Source: the human T2T-CHM13v2.0 reference genome, Homo sapiens
Assembly (NCBI RefSeq): GCF_009914755.1
Contig: NC_060936.1
Strand: one strand, 5' to 3'
DNA: 64,000 nt
A program made the translations under genes and the position numbers. Shown piece after piece: positions 53,444 through 64,000 of this stretch; within the stretch, counting starts at the first letter, position 1, and each line of letters begins with the position of its first letter. Under the pieces are notes generated by a model. That model made no database searches. It worked only from the letters and a program-made list of their open reading frames with translations, and was not told where the DNA came from.

Positions 53444-54048
53444 TGAGTAGCTGGGATTATAGGCACCCGCCACCATGCCTGGCAAATTTTTTTGTATTTT
53501 TAGTAGAGAGGAGGTTTCACTGTGTTGGCCAGGCTGGTCTCAAACTCCTGACCTCAAGTGGTCCACCTGCCTCGGGCTTCCAAAGTGCTGGGAATACAAG
53601 TGTGAGCCACTGCACCCGGCCAAGTTCAGCTCTTTCAAAATAGCCCATCCTAAAGGAGAGTGAAGAAATCAGTGGCCGAAGAAATGAAATGATTCTGTTG
53701 CATCAAGATGATCAGGGCACAATCTCAGAAAGTTGGAAGTCATATTGGGAAAATCTACAAAAGTAGTCATGGATGGAACCAGCTTTATTGTAATTCTGAT
53801 CACTATACCAGAGCAATGCATTACTCTGATGTAAATATGATGTATTTTTACTATACTAGAAATAAAGTGACCTGTGGGAACTTCAGTAAAAAGAATAAGA
53901 ACAAATCGGGGAACATTTGAGGTGGCAATCCATACACAGAAACTTTGAACCAAAGAAAAACTTATTGGGGGCCAGGCGCGGTGGCTCACGCCTGTAATCT
54001 CAGCACTTTGGGAGGCCGAGGCGGGTGGATCATGAGATCAGGAGTTCA

Positions 54049-54288
<240 letters not shown>

Positions 54289-54584
54289 TTATTGGGATAT
54301 CTGAGGACAAGGAATATAATTGTTTGCCAGCTAACCAGGAGAATAATCATCTCTAATCTCCCTCTCTGTGCACCTTGAGGTGAGGTGCCAGCCCAAGACT
54401 GAACGAATATCAAGAAGCCCAAGTAATTTATTGGACCTAAGCAAGAACACTGCCTTCTTTGGATATCTTGTGTTCTTGTGTATCTTGCTGCATAGTCTGC
54501 TTTCAGCTAAAAGTAATAAATCAGAACGAAATGGAAAACCTTTTGACCAAACACAGAAAGTACATCAAATACTGACATCAGTAC

Positions 54585-55615
<1,031 letters not shown>

Positions 55616-55727
55616 GGCACTTCACCCGTCAGCTGTCGGAAAATAAGAGCAGATGTGGCCGGGCGCAGTGGCTCACGCCTGGAATCCCAGCACTTTGCGA
55701 GGCTGAGGTGGGTGGATCACAAGGTCA

Positions 55728-56051
<324 letters not shown>

Positions 56052-56237
56052 TTATGAATGAATAAATGAATAAATGAATGTGTGAATGGATTATATCATA
56101 AGTGTAATAGGTGACAGCCTGCTGAAACATTTTAGGGGCATTCCTTGTACAAAACTTACACATAAATTAAAAAATCAATTTAGCTTTCTACAACGGTGGA
56201 TGCCAACCCAAACACATTTCCAGGGAGAATATTTCAT

Positions 56238-56382
56238 TTATATGTAGATCTTCTTCATCTTGCAAATTGACTTCTGAGGTACATGACAGTGAATGTCATT
56301 CCAGCCCCATTCTTCTGAAGAACGGAAATTTATTATCGCACAACGCTCATCAAGGTTATTGGGTTCACCTGAGTGCCAGAAT
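56238..56382 (-). CDS. CLEC4C: CLEC4C last coding exon (EPN and WND calcium/sugar-binding motifs)
   Basis: Acceptor cctttcag|A. (T)FWHSGEPNNLDERCAIINFRSSEEWGWNDIHCHVPQKSICKMKKIYI then TAA at 56240-56238. Phase matches the previous exon. Upstream exons lie beyond the window end. Confidence 0.96.
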
Positions 56383-56966
56383 CTGAAAGGTAGATAAAGG
56401 ACAGTGGTGTTTTGAAACCGTGGTTTGGAAAAGGTTAGAGACTGGGAGAGGGCTAGGGTTAAACAGTGCGAAAGTCAAGGTCACGTCTACCCAAACCACC
56501 TTCTCACTTCTGCTGCCACGTTTTGTAAAACCTCATGTTCAGGCAGTTTCCTCTCCACTTGTGTCTCTGGTATTTCCCCTGAAAACTGTTCCCATATGAC
56601 CTAGTACTCTGTCACCTTAATCAACTCAAGCATATGTTGAACATCCTCCTGGCAGATGTCCAAGAGGATTCCTTCAGTTTAGCCATCCCTATGTCCAATT
56701 GCCATAGAAATTCCAACTCACAGAGTTAAATGATTCAAATTTTTTTTTTCCCTAGTCACAAGTATTAATCAGGTTCTATGCACTGCTTTTGGAGTCTGAA
56801 GAACTAGGTAAATTCCCTGGATCTGCTACTTAGTCTCTGTTATTTAGTGCAAGTAATTTAATTTCCCTGATTCTCAGTTCTTCTATCTGAAAAAATGGGA
56901 ACTAGAACAATGTCCTTACGTATTTGACATAGTTGATACAAATGTTAAAAGTGGTAATCTGTACTA

Positions 56967-57194
<228 letters not shown>

Positions 57195-57438
57195 TCACTT
57201 GAACCCAGGAGGCAGAGGTTGCAGTGAGCCAAGATCATACCACTGCACTCTAGCCTGGGTGATGGAGTGAGACTCTTGTCTAAAAAAAAAAAAAAAAAAG
57301 CACAACCCTTGATGTCAAATAGACCTAGGTTTTAAAAAGTGTTGTGGGTTTTATTGTTTGTTTGCTTAATAGCTGATGGAACACCCTAAACCCCTACATG
57401 ATCAGGACCCAGTGTCCTTTACCTCATTCTATACTCAC

Positions 57439-57554
57439 GTGACATTTTCATTGTATGGTGTCTGGTCAACCCATTGCCAATGTCGCCGACCCCCTGGATC
57501 TGACAGCCCCAGAAAATAAGAAGAATTTCTTTTCAGATTCTGAATGATGAAATC
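57439..57554 (-). CDS. CLEC4C: CLEC4C (BDCA-2/CD303) penultimate coding exon, part of the C-type lectin domain
   Basis: Acceptor ttcttccctcag|GAT and donor AC|gtgagt. 116 nt, [38 protein letters not shown](T). Not in the ORF track; read by hand. Confidence 0.95.
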
Positions 57555-57583
57555 CTGAGGGAAGAAAATGGAAGAGTCATAGC

Positions 57584-58151
57584 TGATAGAGCAGGAGCAC
57601 CCTCATCTGGGACGAACACCGCCACTTTAAGTTCCAGCTCCCTTTCTAGCCTCATGCATTTCAAGGAAATCACTTCTCTTCTAACTACAAGCAGACAGAA
57701 AGAGCAGACAGCAAAACACAGATAAGACAGCTCAGGCACATAGGGAGGTGGAGGAAAAGTCTCTTGGGTAACTGCCAAACTTCACCCTCATACAATGGAC
57801 CCCAGTAAAACAGTGGGCCTTAATAAGCACATTCCTTTCCCTTCAGGTGCACTAAGATAGGAAAGCTAAAGGCAGACTGGGGGGATATGCCTGCAGCTGC
57901 ACAAAGATGTATGGGAACAGACATACAACTCTCCCTCCCAGATAAGCACAACAAAGAGACACAGAAGCAGTCCAAGCCTCTGATAAACTCTCCCACCCTG
58001 AATCCTTAAAAACTCTTGGTCTGTAAGAGAGTGGGCCTCTGATCTAACTCAGCCAGAAGCTCCTCTCAGGTTTATTTTCTCTAAAATAATTCTCTAAAAT
58101 AGACTGGCAAGCCACCTTTCGTATTTCTTTCCTCTTTCTTTAATTCTTACA
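57584..58151 (+). mobile_element. Solo ERV1 LTR, probably LTR6 family (HERV-S71), antisense within a CLEC4C intron
   Basis: TG...CA termini, 568 bp, perfect 5-bp TSD ATAGC (57579-57583, 58152-58156). Family from recalled consensus TGATAGAGCAGGAGCACC...TTAATTCTTACA. Confidence 0.8.
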
Positions 58152-58630
58152 ATAGCCTTTAGGGGACTCAAGTTGAACTGAGTTCTTACCGCCATAGGAA
58201 GAAAAGAATAAAAGGAGAAGACCCAGGAGTAGCCACAAAGGGCCCCTGTCCAGCAGCAGAGGCCTCTGGCTGAGCAGGGCTGGATCAAAGACATCACTTG
58301 TGAGCATGATGTTTGGCACGTACAGGAGCACGCTCTAGCCATGGCCATCATAAATCCTCATGTCACACTTGCTTTCCTATTTCTTTGCTAAGTGACGGCA
58401 TTCTTCAAGACTCTGCATGTAGTGAGGAAATTCTCCCTCACTCCTAATATATTCTTCTTGTAAAGGGAGTCTGTAATCTCAACTACTCGAGTGGCTGAGG
58501 CATGAGAATCGCCTGAACCTGGGAAGTAGAAGCTGCAGTGAGCCGAGCTCACGTTATTGCACTCTAGCATGGGTGACAGAATGAGACTCTGTGTCCAAAA
58601 AATGCAAACCCACCCCCTGCCCAAAAATAA

Positions 58631-58795
<165 letters not shown>

Positions 58796-58955
58796 TAAGT
58801 AGCTGGGATAACAGGCATGCAACATCATGCCTGGTTAATTTTTGTATTTTTAGTAGAGACGGGGTTTCACCATGTTGGCCAGGCTGGTCTCAAACTCGTG
58901 ACCTCAGTTGATTTGCCTGCCTAGGCCTCCCAAAGTGCTGGGATTACAGGCGTGA

Positions 58956-59174
<219 letters not shown>

Positions 59175-60090
59175 TAGTAGAGATGGGGTTTCACCATGTT
59201 GGCCAGGATGGTCTCGATCTCCTGACCTTGTGATCCACCCTCCTCGGCCTTCCAAAGTGCTGGGATTACAGGCGTGAGCCACCGTGCCCGACCACAGGTC
59301 ACTTTAAAATAAAGATATTTATGGCCAGGTGTGGTGGTTCACGCCTATAATCCAAGCATTTTGGGAGGCTGAGGATGGCGGATCACGAGGTCAGGAGATC
59401 AAGACCATACTGGCTAACATGGTGAAACCCCGTCTCTACTAAAATACAAAAAATTAGCCGGGCATGGTGGCAGGCAGCTACTCAGGAGGCTGAGGCAGGA
59501 GAATGGCATGAACCCAGGAGGCGGAGCTGCAGTGAGCGGAGATCGCGCCACTGCACTCCAGTCTCGGCGACAGAGGGACAGAGCAACATTCTGTCTCAAA
59601 AAATAAAATAAAGATATTTATAATAGTAGTAGTTAAAATTAGTCATTGTCTACTATATGCCAAGTATTATGCCATGAGTTTGCATAAGTTACTTCACGTA
59701 AATTTTACAACTACTACTGTGAGGAAGATAGTGTGGCTGTCTCCATTTTACTAAGTCTCAGGAAACAGATTTAGAAAGATAAAGTTGTCAAACGTCACAC
59801 AACTAATAAATAACAGAGATCTAACTCTAGAGCCAGTATTCTTAACCAGTACATGTTCTGTGTTACAAGAAAGATAGAGGTCTATAATCAAATTTTAGAA
59901 AGCCAAATTTTTTTTTTTTTTTGGAGGTGGAGTCTTGGTCTGTTGCCAAGGCTGGAGTGCAATGGTGTGATCTCGGCTCAGGGCAACCTTTGCTTTCTGG
60001 GTTCAAGCAATTCTCATGCCTCAGCCTCCTGAGTAACTGGGACTACAGGTGTATGCCACCACACCTGGCTAATTTTTGTATTTTTAGTAG

Positions 60091-60328
<238 letters not shown>

Positions 60329-60406
60329 TAGCCAGGATGGTCTCAATCTCCTGACCTTGTGATCCAGCTGCCTCAGCCTCCCAAAGTGCTGGGATTACAG
60401 GCGTGA

Positions 60407-60738
<332 letters not shown>

Positions 60739-61212
60739 TAGGTTTTCAGATTATTTTGAATGTACATGAACATATACGAGACATTGTTAGTGGTTTGTGT
60801 GCTTCCCTCCCTCTCCGCCATATCAATTTATCTATTCATTCATTCATTGAACATTCAAGCAGTCTATTGTCTGCCCAGACCCTGTGCTAAATGTGGCATA
60901 AGAAGTCAAAACAAATAAAAGTTTACAACATGGCTGGGGAGACAGGATGAACAGCACTTTTGAAAACTTTGTACGGTTAGGCAAAAATTAGAGTCCAGAG
61001 CCAAGAAAGAGGTAAGGGTAAATAGGCAGTAAATCAGACCTCATATAGATTATGATCTGGCTTTGAATCATTTGGATATTGTAGAAATTTCAAGCCCTGA
61101 AATTGCCATAATGTACTGTAGGACTTGTGCCAAGGCATGTGGCAAAAGCAAATGAAAATACTCTTTGGAAGAGAATAATATCTGAGGCCTCCAATTTTTT
61201 TTTTTTTTTTGA

Positions 61213-61416
<204 letters not shown>

Positions 61417-62251
61417 TGACCTGAGGTGATCCACCCGCCTCAGCCTCCCAAAGTGCTAGGATTACAAGCATGAGCCACCGTGCCTGGCCTCCAATTATTT
61501 TTATAAATAATTTTTCAAGTACAACATCCATCACACAAGGATAATTTGAAACATTCCATAGGCCAGGCATGGTGTCTCAGGCCTATAACCCCAGCACTTT
61601 GGGAGACCGAGGCAGGCTGATCACTTGAGGCCAGGAGTTTGAGACTAGCCTGGACAACATGGTGTAACCCTGTCTCTACTAAAAATACAAAAATTAGCCA
61701 GGAGCGGTGGCATGCACCTGTAATCCCAGCTGGTCAGGAGGCTGAGTCAGAAGAATCACTTGAACACAGAAGTCAGAGGTTGCAGTGAGCCGAGATCACA
61801 CCACTGCACTCCAGCCTGGGGTGACAGAGAGAGACTCTGTCTCAAAAAAATAAAAAAAGAAGATCTGGGCACAGTGGCCCACACCTGTAATCCCAGCAAT
61901 TTGGGAGGCTGGGGCAGGTAGATCACCTGAGGTCAGGAGTTCGAGACTAGCCTGGCCAACATGGTAAAACCTCATCTTTACTAAAAATACAAAAATTAGC
62001 TGGGCGTGGTTGCAGGCGCCTGTAATCCCAGCTATTCAGGAGGCTGAGACAGGAGAATTGCTTGAACCCAGGAAGCAGAGGTTGCAGTAAGCAGAGATCT
62101 TGCCACTGCACTCCAGCCTGGGCGATAGAACAAGACTCTGTCTCAAAGAAAAAAAAAAAAAAAAACGGCCAGGCATGGTGGCTCACGCCTGTAATCCCAG
62201 CACTTTGGGAGACCGAGGCAGGCAGATCACGAGGTCAGGAGTTTGAGACTA

Positions 62252-62491
<240 letters not shown>

Positions 62492-62714
62492 TTAAGTGTT
62501 GAACATTATAAAGTTTGACAGCATATTTGAAAGAGAAGCAAGATCAATTCTAGATTTGAAAAATACAATAATTGAATTTAGATGTTAATATATGGCTTTA
62601 ATAGCAGGATAGACATAGTTGAAGAAGATTAGTCAAGTGGGAGGGCCAGGTGTGGTGGCTCACGCCTGTAATCCCAGAACTTTGGGAGGCTGAGGTGGGT
62701 GGATCACGAGGTCA

Positions 62715-63077
<363 letters not shown>

Positions 63078-63331
63078 CTAATGTTTAATTGGTTGACATT
63101 TCTTAGATGGCAAATATTAATATCATTTTTCCATTTTTCAAATTCACTATTTTATTTGCCTGAATTTTTTTTCTTATATTTTTAAAATTAAAATTCTTCA
63201 GGATCAAATTTCAACATCAATGTTTGCCTGAAGTTTGCTCCGGAATTTGTTTTATTAAAGTTATTGTTAGCCAGACGTGGTGGCTCACACCTGTAATCCC
63301 AGCACTTTGGGAGGCCGAGACGGGCAGATCA

Positions 63332-63913
<582 letters not shown>

Positions 63914-64000
63914 TTAAGGAGATTTTCCTGTGTTTTTTGTTTTTTGGGTTTTTTTTTACCCAGAAGTTTTTTTTTTTTCCTGTCTTTGAACTTTCAGGGC

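Noticed and set aside
58094-58351. Cys-rich or hydrophobic minus-strand ORFs as a nested gene or pseudogene in the CLEC4C intron
   Set aside because: No recognisable homology. They run into the LTR and show no poly(A) tail or TSD.

Overview
This is primate genomic DNA, almost certainly human 12p13.31, from the germline/pluripotency cluster. It holds the complete two-exon GDF3 gene (minus strand, 364 aa, Arg at codon 213 where I recall Gly in the reference). It also holds the complete four-exon DPPA3/STELLA gene (plus strand, 159 aa, divergent from GDF3) and the last two coding exons of CLEC4C/BDCA-2 (minus strand, missed by the ORF track). The rest is very Alu-dense (roughly half or more by eye), with L1/L2 remnants, DNA transposon relics and solo LTRs, so nearly all listed ORFs are Alu artefacts. 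I found no new protein-coding system. The best non-coding leads are: an orphan CpG-rich element between GDF3 and DPPA3 with naive-pluripotency factor motifs; a solo LTR2-type LTR pointing at GDF3; a solo LTR6-type LTR beside a CLEC4C branch point; a BC200 retrocopy with an atypical integration scar; inverted Alus bracketing DPPA3 exon 2; and several locally templated insertions and fold-back scars in Alus. Repeat family names and reference comparisons are from memory, not from a database search.
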